Notes under the pieces: model-generated
The model's database searches: none
The model's input: only the letters and a program-made list of their open reading frames with translations
What the model was told of the DNA's origin: nothing
Assembly: GCF_009914755.1 (NCBI RefSeq)
Contig: NC_060933.1
Reading direction: 5' to 3' (one strand)
From: the human T2T-CHM13v2.0 reference genome, Homo sapiens
Length of the DNA stretch: 64,000 nt
Shown: one piece after another, positions 1 to 14,549 of the stretch
Layout of the letters: each line of letters starts with the position of its first letter
Numbering within the stretch: position 1 is the stretch's first letter
Program-made: the position numbers and the translations under genes

Positions 1-1728
1 GAGAGCTAGAGGGATTTTGCTGCCAGTAATTAGACACTTTTCCTCTAAAAACCCATCAACGGCTGTTTCAAACAAAACAATGCCTTCCATTTGAATCACT
101 GAAGTTCAAGGGAAAGGGAAATTAGAATGTAAGCATGGCAGACTGGTTCTTGAGATAGTCAAGTGTCCAAGTTTGAGCCCAAGTTCTAAATCTTTCACAT
201 CTAATAGAACAATAATTTATTGAGTGGTTAAGAAGGAATTATCAGTTGCATGAATTGCATGTCTTCTACTAACTCTGATGGGTCATATATAATACTTCTA
301 TTGATGTAGACATTGGGTTGCGGCTAGGGCTACACTGACTAACAGTGTGATCTTCATTATGTAAGTGTTCACCTCTTTACTTGGGATAGGTGTGAAATAT
401 CATTATCAAATTTAGCTGGGCTAAGTTGTAATCATCAATAAACTCTTTCAGTTACCCTAAACCTGCCATTTTGCAAAACTTACTACAAATACTGGCAATA
501 TCATCAATTAAAATTTCAGCTGGTGAATCATACCTGAGGTTTTCTAGTTTTTCACCAATGCTACCTGGTGAGTTCACCCACAAAAGAAAATCAGGAGATA
601 TACTCATAACCCCCTATATATGTGGAAGATTCACATGGAATTAACAAAATCATTTTAGCAGCACATTACAATTTAAGCAATCAACTTGGCTGAAGAGTGG
701 GGGGGAATCTATCACACTATAGTTTGATGTTATGCTGATGAAACAATTCATTGACCAATAACTTTTATTTTTATCCAGTTACCTCAGATGTGTTATCTCA
801 CTCACTTGATAAGAACTTCTACTTTAAAAATGAATTTTTTACCTTTGGTTTCTGGTGCTCCATCCATTCATATATTTTTATGTCATTTGAAGCACTTTAG
901 TTAAGGTAAAAAATATGGATCAAAACATGAAAAAAATATGTGCTTCATCTATTTAAGTGTGGCATTAACACTTAAATATAGAAATATATTCTATAAATCT
1001 ACCCTCTGCATCTCCAAGACTATTTTTTGCCTCTTCAATCTCAGTCCACAGACTTTCCATTTATTCCAAGAATAATGAAACTGTCAACCAATTATCTTCT
1101 GTTAATGGATGTTCAATTACTTATACAAAGGGCCAAAATAAGCACCAGTTACTACAAAACACTTGTGTGTAATTCAAATCAGAAACAGAGGGACTTTAAA
1201 AGTCTCTTAATATGGCAAGGGCAGGAAGTGCTGCACAGACTGAAGGCGCCCCATAAAAATCAGAGGGGATGGAAAGAAGATGCAACCAGAAAGGAAAGAG
1301 TAAGATTTCAAAAAGCAGTCTTCATTGAGAAAGCTAAGCTGACAAATACATGAAGATTACAGTTGGCTGCTTTGAGCCCTCTTTCTCTTGGGAATACTTC
1401 ACTTGGCCCAATATTCCCTAAGGGTTGGTCCTTGAGAAGTAAAATGCCTCAAGGGATGTCTCCAGGCATGAAAGTGATTGTTCTTCTCTATTGAGCCTTA
1501 TGGCTCCAAAATTGACAACAGTACAAAATGCTTTTTTAAGTAGTCATAATCTCAGCTAGATAAATTTTGTCCAAACAAGAAAAGATGCAACAACAAATGA
1601 CACAAAAACTTTGCATAGGAGTTAGAAGGCCATGTCAGTTGCCAACAAAAAATTAAGGTTGTAGGTTCAGCTTAAGCAACGGTAACTGAAGATGGCAATC
1701 ACAGAAATGAAGTCCTCAGACCTGAACC

Positions 1729-2385
1729 TGTTAGCGGTGGAAGAGATCTGAGTTACCCTGAGTTACAGGCAGCGAATCTGTACATGACTGCAGCAACTTC
1801 AGCTCTTGCCTACTCAGAAGAAAGAATTCGACTGAGGAGCATAGAGCGGAAAAAGAGACCCAGGCAAGTTCCAGAGCAGGAATGGAAGTTTATTAAAAAG
1901 GCCTTAGAACAAGAAAGAAAGGAAAGATCTCTTGGAAGAGACCCAAGTGGCTACCTGAATGTCAAAGAGAGAAAAAGAAAGCTTTTTACCTTGGACTTTA
2001 TAGGCTCACTTCTTTCCCATGACTCTTCCCTTAGGGTGGGATTTCTGCAAGCACGGTGCCCTCCTTACCCTGGAGAACTGAGCACAGGCAGTGTGTTTAT
2101 GGAGTTATACACATGCCCATCTGAGGCTCTTTTCTTTTCTGGAAGATCATACTTCACCATTTTTGTCTCTTAACATGCATACACAGGAAGTTGCTTCTCC
2201 CTGGGGCCTAGATTCAATTAACATTTTGATGTGGACCATCAGGAAATGGCCTCTCCCTGGCAACAGCTGCCAATTTGTCACTTTTAGAGAGGCAATGTGA
2301 TCATTGCCAAACCATCACTGACCATTTCTAGTGAGTAGGGGGAAGACCCCTCCCCTGCCCCGCTCATGCTTAACTACCTGTAACA
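1729..2385 (-). mobile_element. ERV1 MER4-group solo LTR (MER50/MER51/MER83-like)
   Basis: TG...CA termini. Minus-strand start TGTTACAGGTAGTTAAGCATGAGCGGGGCAGG. Minus-strand AATAAA near 1890. Near 4-bp TSD aacc/atcc. Confidence 0.85.
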
Positions 2386-2519
2386 ATCCCAGCAAGGACA
2401 AACAGTTTTTAAACAGCCACAAAAGTAAGAAATGGGTTAAGTCTTAGAGATCTTTTGAGATTAACCATCAACCGAAAAAAAAAAAAAATGATGGCCCAAA
2501 ACAATGCTAAAACTAGAAA

Positions 2520-2730
2520 AGGGGTTTGCAAATTATTCCTGATATACGATACTTTAATAAATACAAATTTGACTTTGCAGGCCATACAATCTCTGTTGCA
2601 ACAACTTTATTTTTATAGCAATGTATGCAGGAATAAATATGGCCATGTTCCAGTAAAAAAAAAAACTTTATTCACCAAAATAGAATGTGGACCAGATTTA
2701 ACAATCCAGCTATAGTTTACCAACTCTTGA
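2520..2730. mobile_element. MER58A-like hAT-Charlie DNA transposon
   Basis: ggggtttgcaaa...tttgcaggccatacaatctctgttgcaac...aaaactttattcacc...tagtttaccaactcttg resembles the MER58A consensus. Confidence 0.7.
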
Positions 2731-4935
2731 ACTAGAATGTAAACTTACATTTTTTGTGTATATCTGTTCTCAATTAACTACATTGGGTTTTTGTTTTCTT
2801 AAAATTGTAAGCTTTATCAAATAAAAGACTGTATTTTGCCTTTTATTATCAGTATTATAAGTATTATAATTACTGTATCTAAAGCATAGTTCAACTCTTT
2901 ATTCATTATAAGCACTCTATAAATATTTTATTTTAATTTCCCATCAGTAAAATATTACTATTTTTAACTTCTAGTGACTTTCTTCATTAATTGAATCTTG
3001 CAGCCAAAGATTTAATATGATATTAATTTTGAAGTGGGGAGAGGGACTTTATCCCCAGATGAAATACAGTAGCTTTTGGCAAACCAATATATACATTAAA
3101 AATATTTTTTGAATCTGTATTGAAAACAAAAACAAAACCTGTTTTTAAGCATCAGATAGCTGTCCAGGATGCCAGTACTGAACGCGCAGACATTTCAAAG
3201 AGAAGGAAATAACAGAGAGGAGAGGTGAGCTGATATGTCCTATGAGCTACTTTTCTGCTCAAGGCATTTCTGTATTTTTGGTGCAGATGAGAGGCTGAAA
3301 ATCTGGGAAGGAAGACATTGCTAAGAGACAGAAAAGCCAGAAGAGTTTTGAAATTCTCATGGGCTGAGGAGATAAAGTTCAGGTCTTTCAGGCAGCTAGG
3401 ATGTAAGGAGCAAAATTTTTTTAAAAAGAGGGTGGTGCAGTGAATTGAGCCTAGCATTCAGTAGTGTTTCACTTGAGTATTTCTTGAACTTTTCAACTGC
3501 ATAAGGAAAGAAGCTAAGAAGACAAATGGAAACGCTCTGAAAATCAAAGATACTTTTCAGCAGTCTCATCGTGACGAGAAAAAGAAAACTAGAGTCGAGA
3601 ATAGAAGCAATATTAAAAGTGCCAGTCCCAAAGTTTAGAATTTAAGACTACATCTTAGGAGGAGAGACAATGCAGAGGTGGATCAAAGTTTATAAGGACT
3701 ATAACTTGGTCTCTACTCAGCTCAGTCTCTGAATGAAATAAGTTGATGTGGCCTCATTCAAGCTCTCCATGATAGGACAGGGTGAATGCTCTGCAGTAGA
3801 AAAATCATCATCTACAACTTCTATAATTTTATTTAAGATATCTAGTAATCAATTAAAAGCTACTAGGCATGTCACAACAAAGGCCCAAGAGAAAAACTAG
3901 ACAATAGAAACAGACCCCATACACAATTCAAATACTAGAGTTAACAAACATGGACCTTAAATGTGATTAATATGTCTAAGAACATAAACAACAAAATGTA
4001 AAAATTAGAAACTACTATAAACTGTACAAAGCAATCAAAGATAAACCCAGTGACTGAATTTAACAAATAAAAGAGTGGGCTTAAAACAGAAGGGATACAT
4101 CAAAAAACAATGTTTGTAATACAGAAGATGGGATAATAGAAAATAATCCAGGTAAACATCGAGAACAAAAGATATAGAAAATATGTAAAAAGAATATAAA
4201 TTACATATGGAATAGAGTGAAATGGTCTAAGATACATTTAATTGCAAATATAGAATAGGAGGAGACAAAATAAGAGGCAGAAGAAATACTTGAAGAACTA
4301 ATGAGCAAGAATAGTCCAGATTTATAGGAGAATCAGAGCACAGATTTGAAAAACAAAATTCTAAGCAGGATAAAGGAAAAGAAAATCACAACTCTGAATG
4401 ACATAGTAAAACTCCTAAAGATAAGAAAAAATGTTGCCAAACTAAAAAGACACATTACATCAAAGAAAAAATAATAATAAAACTCACAGCTGACCTCTCA
4501 ACAAAAACAGTGGAAACAGAACATAAGTGAATGGTACATTTTAAATGTTGAGAGAAAATAACTGCAAGCATAGAGTTCTACACTCTGCAAAAATACCATT
4601 TGGATGTGAAGTGAGTGAAAAAAATTGTGTGATGTATAGCAAGGAAGCAAAGAGTAAGATATTTGATATAATCATATCTCAATTATGACAAGTAAGACAG
4701 AGGTAGAAAGCAAAACTTAATTATTTGCAGTTTACAATAGACAAACCTTAAATATATGACCAGAAGAAAAATTAAAACACTGGAAAAATATGCCACGTAA
4801 ACACTTCACAAAAGAAAGCTGGTATAACTGTACTAACATTGGTTAAAGTAGACTTTAATGCAAGAAGCATTACTAGAGAAAGTTTTTTCATAATAAAAAG
4901 GTCAATTTTGAAGAAGATTTAAAAATGCTAAATTT

Positions 4936-5149
4936 CTTGAGGAATATAATTAATAATAATGTATACTGAAAATTTGTTAAGAGAAATTTTAGATGCTCTT
5001 AACACATGCTCACACACACACATAAAAGTCAACCAAAGAAAGTGTTGGATTTATAAATTTGTTTGACTGTAGTAATCATGTTACTATGTATGTGTATATA
5101 GCAAAACATCATGTTCTACAGTGTAAATATATACAATGAAATAAATTTT
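4936..5149 (+). mobile_element. 5'-truncated L1MA-like 3' end nested in older L1
   Basis: L1MA 3'-UTR motifs (aaaacatcatgttctac...). Flanked by direct repeat aaaatgctaaattt at 4922-4935 and 5150-5163. Confidence 0.7.
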
Positions 5150-6111
5150 AAAATGCTAAATTTATATGCATGAAAAATATAGCTACAAACATAAAGCAAA
5201 AAACTGACAGAACTAAAAGGAGAAATAGACAAACATAGTCATAGTAAAAAGCTTTCATTCTTCTTTCTTAATAACCGATAAACCAAGTTGACATGAAATC
5301 AGTATATAAACTCAGCTAATTGACATATATGGACATATATGGAGCACTTCACACAACTGCAGATTTCTTTTCATGAACCAAATTGAACAACATGTTGGGC
5401 TACAAAGCAAGTCTAATCAAATTACAAAAGATTCAAGTCATGTATATTATATTCTCTGACCACATTGAAATTAAGCTTGAAATAAATAAAAAGATGACTA
5501 GAAAACCCACATATTTAAAAATAAAGCAATAAACTTCTAAATAATCTATAGGTCAAAGAAAAACTTGCAACAAATGTTAGAAAACATTTTTAACTGAATG
5601 AAAATTAAAATATAACATAAAAATCTGTTGAATGCAGCAAAAGAAAGGCCCAGAAGGGAGTTTATAGTGTTAAATCCATATATAGAAAAGCTAAAAATAA
5701 ATTATATAAATAGCAGTCTCCAACACTAGAAAAATAACAGTAAATTAAACCCAAATAAAGTTGAAGGAATACATTAATGATAAGAGTAAAAATTAATGAA
5801 ATAGAAAACAAAGGTGTAATTAAGAAAAATCAATGAAGCCCAAAATTAGTTCTCTAAAAAGACTAACAAAATTTATAAATCTCTAGCAAGACTGATAAGA
5901 AAAAAAGGCAAAAGTTGCCGATATCATAAATGAATGCACCTACAGATGTTTGCAGCAATAAATTCTTCTAAATAGAGAAAATAGAAAAAACTTTCAATCT
6001 TATAGAATTCTTCTAGCAAAGAAAAAAATAGTGATCCCTTCCCAGCTCATTCTATGAAGCCAATCTTAAAACAAAAAAACCTGATAAGGACATAGTAAGA
6101 ATAGATAATTA

Positions 6112-6513
<402 letters not shown>

Positions 6514-6568
6514 TTAAGCTGTATTTATTCCATAAATGTGAAGTTGACTTAATCTTTAAGAAGGAACT

Positions 6569-6978
<410 letters not shown>

Positions 6979-7154
6979 TTAGTAGAGTAAAAATACAAAG
7001 AGTCTTACATTTGATTTTGAAAGTTTTTTGTCTAATGTAAACATTATACATAAAAGAATATTAAAATATTCCCCAAGATTAGGAAAGAGGCAAAGACAGC
7101 CTCCATTACTACTTTTCATCAAGATTTTACTGCAGAAGGTCCTTAACCTTCATT

Positions 7155-7370
7155 CTACTATCTGAGATTCCGATGTAATGGCTGGAGTTCCGGAAGCTAT
7201 TTTAGGCAAAGGCCACACTGTAACAATAGCAGAGCCAACACATTGAAGTCCCTGAGCTGCACAACTCCGGACTTGTTTTCCATAAGAAACATTAAATGTC
7301 TATTTTGTTTAAGCCACTGGTACTTGGGGTTTCCTACCATTTGTGGCAACACATTTTCCTAGCTGATGCA
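7155..7370 (+). mobile_element. MaLR LTR fragment (MLT1J/K-like)
   Basis: gatgtaatggctggag...tttaagccactgg...cctagctgatgca resembles an MLT1 3' end. Confidence 0.6.
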
Positions 7371-7690
7371 TCACCTGTTTGTGAAAACACAGTTCTGAAC
7401 TCCTAGGACCAAAGCTTTAAAAGAATGTTCTCTAGCCAAGGTTGGTTGGCAGCACAAGTTGCTTACTACATGTTTTTTGTTGTTGCTGTTGTTGTTGTTG
7501 TCGGGTTTTTTTTTTTTAATAATGCTAAACCCCACAGAAGAGATAGGAAATTTTTCCCATAGATTTTTTCCTAAATATTAAGCCACCAGGTTAAGATAAT
7601 CAAGGGTTGAACTAAAATTATTTCATTTAAATGAATGTGTCTATCTTTAAAAGTTTTCCCTCGCAAAAGCAATCCTATTTTTTTTTTCAG

Positions 7691-7752
7691 AGGCTCCAGA
7701 TGGGACCTTTCCCTGGCATTCAAGTCCCATGAGAGATTAGCTCTGCCACAGG
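7691..7752 (+). other. Candidate internal exon (62 nt), probably non-coding
   Basis: Poly-T tract + cag acceptor at 7688-7690. Donor AGG|gtatgt at 7753. Confidence 0.35.
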
Positions 7753-9057
7753 GTATGTAAAAGAAATAAAGGTTAAAAGATCATAAAAATGAGACCATAT
7801 GTCCAAACATACTGCATACGTGTTGGCAGGAAGAATATAAGTGTTAAGACAGATCATTTTCTGCTTGCCAGGAAATTATATAAAAATCAGAATAAAATAA
7901 CTCTTATCATTTTAGTTGGGCAGCTTGACAGCAGTTCCCCCTAAAACTTAAAAAGCAAATTTGGCCAATACATCAAAATACCTTCTTATTCCTACATGTA
8001 ACCTTTTACACCCCAATGGCCAGAAACAGAAAGTCCAAAACCTTGAAAACAAAAAACTAATATTTGTTTACAAGCATAGATTCTAAAATCCCTAAAAATA
8101 TGTAATAGAACTTTTTTTCTTTGATCTTGATGAGCCATTTTTCTAAAATAATACTTGGTCACTGTGGAGCATGATCTATGGATTCTATCAGATTTTAAAA
8201 TATGCTTCCATAGCTCTTACTATTTTCCTCATCACTTGGGGCTGTTCTTTCCCCTTGTGTGGTGTACCCCAATATTCCAGGTCAAATGGGCCAAAATAGA
8301 ACTTAACCAACAAGTTCGTTCTAATAGAAGATGAGTTTACCTAAACTTCTTAAGGCTTCCTAAACCAAGGCATTAGCAGTGGAACTCTAAGTGAGAAAAG
8401 GTATAATTCTCACGGATTTTTAGTAAAGGAAAGAGGAGTCAACAAATGACTAGATCAAGAATTGGGAGATAATGTCACTTTGTGGTCTTAAGTTTCAATG
8501 AGTAAAGGGCCAAAGAAGAAATGACTTTTTAAAATAGGTGTGTGTGCAGCCAGACTTCTCAATCAGGCAACAGTGTTTCTAAAGAAGTAATTTATTTTCA
8601 GTAATAACTGATAGAGGATCAAACAAGAGGAAATTGGCATAATATCAAGAGAATTATCAAGGTGGCCTTGAAGCTCAACAACTCACCTTTCTGACACTCT
8701 AATCATCCTAAGAGCAGCACTTAGATGACAGACAAAAGATACTAATGGATCAATCTTGACATTCCCATGATGTCTTTCTTGGGAGACATAAGACTAATTT
8801 GAAAGGAGAACCACCTCTTTAATAAAAACCCAGTCTTCTAAGAAAGCCAAATATTCTAAGGAAAAAATATAACAAATTAAAATTAAGACTAGCCCCTTTA
8901 AAAACAAAAAGTTATTAGAGAAATCTCTTCTTGAACCTCTAGTTCATTTTCTACAGATAATTACTATTAACAAACTCTATTTCTAAACGTTCTGGTAGTT
9001 ACCAATGTAACTATATCTTGACATAGCCACTTCGAATAGTATGAATTGACAGTCTTT

Positions 9058-10558
9058 CATTTTTAAAGTTTTTTTTATTTCCTTAGGTTTTTGGGGAACA
9101 GGTGGTATTTGGTTACATGAGTAAGTTCTTTAGTGGTGATTTCTGAGATTTTGGTGCACCCATCACCTGAGCAGTATACACTGAACCCAATTTGTAGCCT
9201 TTTATCCCTCACCCCCCTTCCACTCTTTCCCTCCAGTCCCCAAAGACCATTTTATCATTCTTATGCCTTTGCATCCTCATAGCTTAGCTCCCACTTATGA
9301 GTGAGAACATACGATGTTTGGTTTTCCATTCCTGAGTTACTTCACTTAGAATAATAGTCTCCAGTTCCATTCAGGTTGCTGTGAATGCCATTAATCCATT
9401 TCTTTTTATGGCTGAGTAGTATTCCATCATATATATATATACACACACATATATATATGTTCCATCATACATATATACACACATATATATGTGTTCCATC
9501 ATACATATATACACACATATATGTGTTCCATCATATATACACACACATATATATGTGTTCCATCATATATACACACACACATATATGTGTTCCATCATAT
9601 ATATACACACACATATGTGTTCCATCATATATATACACACACATATGTGTTCCATCATATATATACACACACATATATGTGTTCCATCATATATATACAC
9701 ACACATATATGTGTTCCATCATATATATACACACACATATATGTGTTCCATCATATATATACACACACATATATGTGTTCCATCATATATATACACACAC
9801 ATATATGTGTTCCATCATATATATACACACACATATATGTGTTCCATCATATATATACACACATATATGTGTTCCATCATATATATACACACATATATGT
9901 GTTCCATCATATATATTCACACATATATGTGTTCCATCATATATATACACACATATATGTGTTCCATCATATATACACACACATATGTGTTCCATCATAT
10001 ATACATACACATATATGTGTTCCATCATATATACACACATATATGTTCCGTCGTATATATACACACATATATGTTCCGTCGTATATATACACACATATAT
10101 GTTCCGTCGTATATATACACACATATATGTTCCGTCGTATATATACACACATATATGTTCCGTCGTATATATACACACATATATGTTCCGTCGTATATAT
10201 ACACACATATATGTTCCGTCGTATATATACACACATATATGTTCCGTCGTATATATACACACATATATGTTCCGTCGTATATATACACACATATATGTTC
10301 CGTCGTATATATACACACATATATGTTCTGTCGTATATATACACACATATATGTTCCGTTGTATATATACACACATATATAGTTCCATCATATATATATA
10401 CACACACATATATACATGTTCCATCGTGTGTATATATATATTCCATCATATATATATATATCACAATTTATTCAACCACTTGTTGATTGATGGGCATTTG
10501 GGCTGGCTCCATATATTTGCAATTGCGAATTCTGCTGCTATAAACATGCGTGTGCAAG
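9058..10558 (-). mobile_element. 5'-truncated L1PB (L1PB1-like) containing a minisatellite
   Basis: ttttggggaacaggtggtatttggttacatgagtaagttctttagtggtga is an L1PB 3' end. TSD ttgacagtc(c)ttt at 9046 and 10559. Confidence 0.88.
9422..10461. repeat. Minisatellite/VNTR, 26-32 bp units GTTCCATCATATATATACACACACATATATGT with a 28-bp CpG variant block
   Basis: Tandem array seen directly. Twelve 28-bp units of GTTCCGTCGTATATATACACACATATAT type at 10045-10380. Confidence 0.97.
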
Positions 10559-10959
10559 TTGACAGTCCTTTAAAAGGTAAAACATGTAGTACATATACAT
10601 CACTCCTCCACTTCTTCCTCTAATTCCCCATTGTTTGCTTGTAATTGTAATTGTTTGTTTACATCTTAAACTAATACATTTAGACTTCCATCACTTGATT
10701 AAGTAAGTTTAGGAAAAACAAACTGGCCCCTTACTTAGAAAAATAAGTATTGTGTAACACCCTTAAACTTCCTTCCACCAGTCTTCCTTTCCTCCAAAAG
10801 TGTTACTTATAATATTATTTTTAAATTGTCAGGATTCATGTTTATACTCTCTCCTATAACAATAATTATCTTTCTATTTTGTATATTATAAATCTTAAAA
10901 TTAAAAACTGACTAATATTATGACTGAATTTTTCAATGTATATGTACACAAACATAAAT

Positions 10960-11450
10960 ATAATAAATGTATTATAATTATATAAAAGCTAAAATAATTG
11001 AAATAATGTGGCAATGTAATGGAACTCAAGATATAGATCAATGGAACAGAAGAGAAAGTCAAGAAACATGCCCAATATTTTAAACATATTTGAAATATAA
11101 TTAAATACATATATATGCTTAAGTATAGCAGAATATAAAATGGCACAATTTCAAAACTACAAGAAAAATGAAGATTGTATTATACACATGATTTTGGAAC
11201 AACCAGCTAACCATTTTAAACAGTACAGTAAATTACATTCCTACATCATACTGTATAGTAAACTACAATCCAGATAGGTTAGAGACATAAACATGGAAAA
11301 TAAAAGCCTAAAATTACTTAAAAATATACAAACATAGATAAATTTCAACCATATTATTATAGTCACTAAGAATTGCTAGTTGTATAACAATGCATACGGT
11401 ATTCCATTTACATAAGATTTTAAATACTTAAAAATATATAGTACCACTTT
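10960..11450 (+). mobile_element. Old L1M ORF2/3' fragment
   Basis: atagatcaatggaacaga...aaccagctaaccatt are L1 ORF2-like. Similar sequence resumes at ~11970-12100 and ~16830-17100. Confidence 0.6.
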
Positions 11451-11729
11451 ACTACATGGACAAGAAAAATACACACAAATTTCAGTGAGGTGATCTTAGG
11501 GTGGGGAGCATCAATCTATGTATAATAAAAGACGAGCATCAAAAAGTGCCAAGAGGGATTCAATTCTAACCATAGTTCTTAAAGTTAAGACATCCTAAAT
11601 GAATTTGGTAGAACATTAAATTAAGATTTGACCAAATGGAGTAGTGGCTACACAGGTCTTCATTATAATTTCTATACTTCTCTTAACATGTGTAATAGTT
11701 CAAATAAAAAACACTCTAAGAAAATATGA

Positions 11730-11900
11730 TAATAAAAATAGCTCGTGTTAAGTTTTCCAATGTACCCATTAGTACTCTAACTACTTCGCCTGCATTTTGT
11801 CACTTTCTATCGTTAAGGTAGAAGCTGTACTCATGCACAGATTTAAACATGAACAAATTACAGAATAGATAGATTAAGTAACTTGCTCAAGTGTAAACAG
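11730..11900 (-). mobile_element. MIR
   Basis: agattaagtaacttgctcaag is the reverse of the MIR core. Confidence 0.55.
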
Positions 11901-12963
11901 TCTCGTGATGGCATCCGATGCCAGAAGATGCATTATAAAACACTCCCTTAAATGGCCTTTGTATGAAGCGTGCAGGGAAAGCTTTTCTAGATATGACACA
12001 AAACTCGAAAGCTGTGAATGAAAGATTGATATATTTTGACTGTGTAGAAATTTGAATTTCTGTATGTCAAAATTACTGCAAACAAATGATTAAAGGAAAA
12101 AGATTATCCTTTTTTAAAAAAAATCAGCTTTAGTGAGGTATAAGCTACATAATTTCAAATGCTCCAATTTTAAGTGTGTGTAGTCCAGTGGGTTTTGTCA
12201 AGCTATGAATATTGCAACCACAATTATATTCTAGACATAGTTCCATCCTCCAAATTGTTCCCTTATGCCCATTACCAGTTAATCATCTCCCCATCCTGGT
12301 GTCATTCCTCGACCCCGGCCCCAAGCAACTACTAATCTGCTTTTTGATACCATAAATCAGATTAATCTTTTTCAGATGTTCACATATGGAATCACATAGT
12401 ATATACTCTCTTATGTCTGGTTTCTGAATTTTTATGATTCATCCATGTTGTGTTTATCAGTAGTTCATTTCTTTTTATTGCAGATAATATTTTACTATTA
12501 TATTTTGTTTATCCATTTACCTAATGACGGACATTAGGGTTGTTTGAAGTTTTCAGATATTGCAAGTAAAACTTAGAAGCATTCTTGTATAAGTCTTTGT
12601 GTGGACATATATTTTTATTTATTTTAGGTAAACATCTGGGGAGAAGAATGGCTAGGTCATATATTAGGAATATGATCAACTTTATGAGAAATATCTAAAC
12701 TATTTAAGTTGTTTTATAACTGGACATTTTCATCACCAATATATGAGAGTTCCAGTTATTATACAAACTAGCTAACACTTGGTATTGTTAGTCTTTCTAA
12801 TTTTAGTCATGTTAATGTGTATGTACTAATATCTCATTGTCATTTTATTTTGCATCATTTTGGTAGCTAATGATGTTGAACATAACTTCATGTACTTATT
12901 GACCATCAATATATTTCTTTTGTGAAGTGCCTGTTTTAAGACATTTGATAATTTTTCTATTGA

Positions 12964-13414
<451 letters not shown>

Positions 13415-14150
13415 CAGAAGTTTTTAATTGTGATGAGTTTCAATCAACATTTGTTTTAAATTTTAGAGTTCTCATAAGATATTTGTGTAACATAAAAGTT
13501 TACCTACCACTGGGTTTCAACGTGTTCTCTCCTATGTTATTCTCTAAAATTTGTATAGTTTGGGCTTTTACGTTTAGATCTATGGTCCATTTTGAGTTCT
13601 TGTTTGTGTTTCTTGTTTCCCCCCACATGGATAACCAGTTTTTCCAGCATAATTTTTGAAAGACTCTTCATTCTCCCATTGAACTATCTTGGCATTTTGT
13701 TGAATATCACTTATCCATATATGTATGGGTCTATTTGTGGACTATATTCTGTTCCATTGATATATATGACTATTTATATGCCATTACCACACTATATTGA
13801 TACTGCAGCTTTACGGTAAGTCTTGAAAGCCAAATTTGCTATTTTTCAAAATTCACTGGGCTCCTCTAGATTCTTTACTTTTACACGTAAATTTCAGAAT
13901 TAGGTTTTCATCTTACACTTGTTTTAAAAGCCTGTTGAGATTTTATTTAAGACTGATTGAATCTATAGATCTATTAGGGCACATCAGCATTTAACAGTAT
14001 GGAGCTTTCTGATCCATTAGCACAACGTATCCCTCCGTTTACTTAAGCCTTCTTTAATTTTACTCAGTAATGATTTGTAGTTTTCAGTGTATAGATATTG
14101 AACATACTTTGTTAAATTTATTCTCAGGAATTTTATTTTTTACATCATGA

Positions 14151-14549
<399 letters not shown>

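Noticed and set aside
9422-10461. CRISPR-like regular array
   Set aside because: There are no unique spacers and no cas genes, and the context is primate. It is a tandem VNTR.
9385-10623. Long ORFs (up to 412 aa) in several frames on both strands
   Set aside because: They are produced by the stop-free minisatellite and give repetitive H/I/Y/T/C translations, not genes.
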